This document shows, piece after piece, positions 6,407 through 7,195 of a stretch of DNA of 7,195 bases. Each line of letters opens with the position of its first letter. Position 1 is the first letter of the stretch. Location of the stretch: the sequence record CEPK01079385.1. The stretch is one strand, 5' to 3'. The position numbers and the translations under genes were made by a program. The notes beneath the pieces were generated by a model. It made no database searches. It worked only from the letters and a program-made list of their open reading frames with translations, and was not told the origin of the DNA. The stretch is from a metagenome.

Positions 6407-7195
6407 TCACGCCGCGCTCTCGCTCGACGGTGGCCGCGTGCGATTCTTGAGCGCTCTTCGCGCGTCCGCGTACTGTTTCGCGGGCGCGTCGCCCTTTGCG
6501 CGCGCAGTCGACGCGGTTTGGAACGAAAATTCTTGAGGCACCGTCGTCTCGTGGCGCCACGACGATCCGTCGGGACGGTTCAATTTAGCGTCCCTCTCCT
6601 CGCGCATCTTTCGAGCGCGTTCCTGTCGCGCGAGGTACGATTCCAAACCGGGCGTCGGCGTCTTCGCGACAGCCATCGGCGACGACGACGTCGCGTCGCA
6701 CGTCACCGGTTGGAACGTGCAGTCTCGCAGATCGCCCTCGCGTTTCGCCTCTCGCTCGGCTTCAAGAATCTCCTCCTTGCGTCGCGCCCACACCTTGGAG
6801 CGCTCGACGAACGACGACGGCGTCTTCGTCGCGCTCGACGCTCGACGCACCAAACTCGCGTGAATCTCCCGCGATTTTCGAGAAATTGTCGGCGTGAACG
6901 TGCAATGCGCGTCGATCTCGGCCAACTCGGCGCGCTCCCGCGTCGTCAACGTCGCCGCGGTCGTCGGCGAGCCGGCGTCGGCGAGCTGCTTCTTGTGGGG
7001 TTTTTTGCCGTCTGCCTGCGACCGCTGCTGCTGTAACTGTCGTTTCTCTTTAAATTTTTGCGCCAATTTCCGACTCGCCGCGCTGATTTTCGGTGTAAAC
7101 GTACACGCCGCCGCGCCCTCCTCCTTCGCCCTCCGCCTCGGCGTCGTCCCTCCCTCGCGCTCCACGACGCCGACGCCCCTGTACAAACGCTCCGA
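6407..7195 (-). CDS. 3' portion of a gene for a charged protein with three C-T-F-x-P repeats and a C-terminal F-S-F-Q-T motif; N-terminus lies beyond the window
   Basis: The frame is open from the right window edge (7195) down to TGA (plus-strand tca 6407..6409). The M at 7186 in the track is a TTG codon, not ATG, and the frame continues upstream as SERL. Codons are G/C-ending throughout. The repeated motifs are CTFTPKIS (7082..7105), CTFTPTIS (6881..6904) and CTFQPVT (6701..6721). The plus-strand ORF 6335..7036 is an Arg-rich antisense shadow. Confidence 0.7.
   Translation of the reverse strand, partial: SERLYRGVGVVEREGGTTPRRRAKEEGAAACTFTPKISAASRKLAQKFKEKRQLQQQRSQADGKKPHKKQLADAGSPTTAATLTTRERAELAEIDAHCTFTPTISRKSREIHASLVRRASSATKTPSSFVERSKVWARRKEEILEAEREAKREGDLRDCTFQPVTCDATSSSPMAVAKTPTPGLESYLARQERARKMREERDAKLNRPDGSSWRHETTVPQEFSFQTASTARAKGDAPAKQYADARRALKNRTRPPSSESAA

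Noticed and set aside
6335-7036. 233-aa plus-strand ORF antisense to the C-T-F-x-P gene
   Set aside because: Its product is extremely Arg/Leu-rich. The opposite strand has coherent repeats and G/C-ending codons, so this ORF is an antisense shadow.

Overview
This window looks like compact, GC- and CpG-rich eukaryotic nuclear DNA. Codons mostly end in G or C (NCG codons are common), the genes have no introns, and spacers between genes are only about 68-490 bp. This resembles a prasinophyte picoalga such as Ostreococcus or Micromonas, but that is inference and cannot be verified here.

Contents in order:
(1) a Bet3/TRAPPC3 TRAPP subunit gene (+, 268..861);
(2) a convergent flavoprotein squalene monooxygenase gene (-, 930..2495);
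(3) a 488-bp divergent spacer rich in repeats and palindromes;
(4) a KRI1-like ribosome-biogenesis gene (+, 2984..5305) with very acidic low-complexity runs;
(5) a convergent cytosolic-type tRNA-Pro(CGG) gene with a 43-nt canonical intron (-, 5475..5589);
(6) a tentative 102-aa ORF with an Ala/Arg/Ser/Thr-rich N-terminus and one C-terminal hydrophobic helix (-, 5757..6065);
(7) the 3' part of a gene encoding a charged protein with three C-T-F-x-P repeats (-, 6407..7195, continues past the window edge).

I see no CRISPR array, no transposase or integrase ORF, no rRNA and no prokaryotic-style operon. The recognisable genes are housekeeping genes on alternating strands, so I find no coherent novel multi-gene system.

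The items most worth a second look are:
- a perfect 13-bp inverted repeat abutting the KRI1 start codon, whose sequence recurs 191 bp upstream, so that a 224-bp block has perfect terminal inverted repeats; a related palindrome lies upstream of BET3;
- the intron-containing tRNA-Pro;
- the small presequence-plus-helix ORF;
- the C-T-F-x-P repeat protein.

Most other ORFs in the six-frame track are Arg/Ser/Gly-rich shadows of real genes, as expected in GC-rich DNA.
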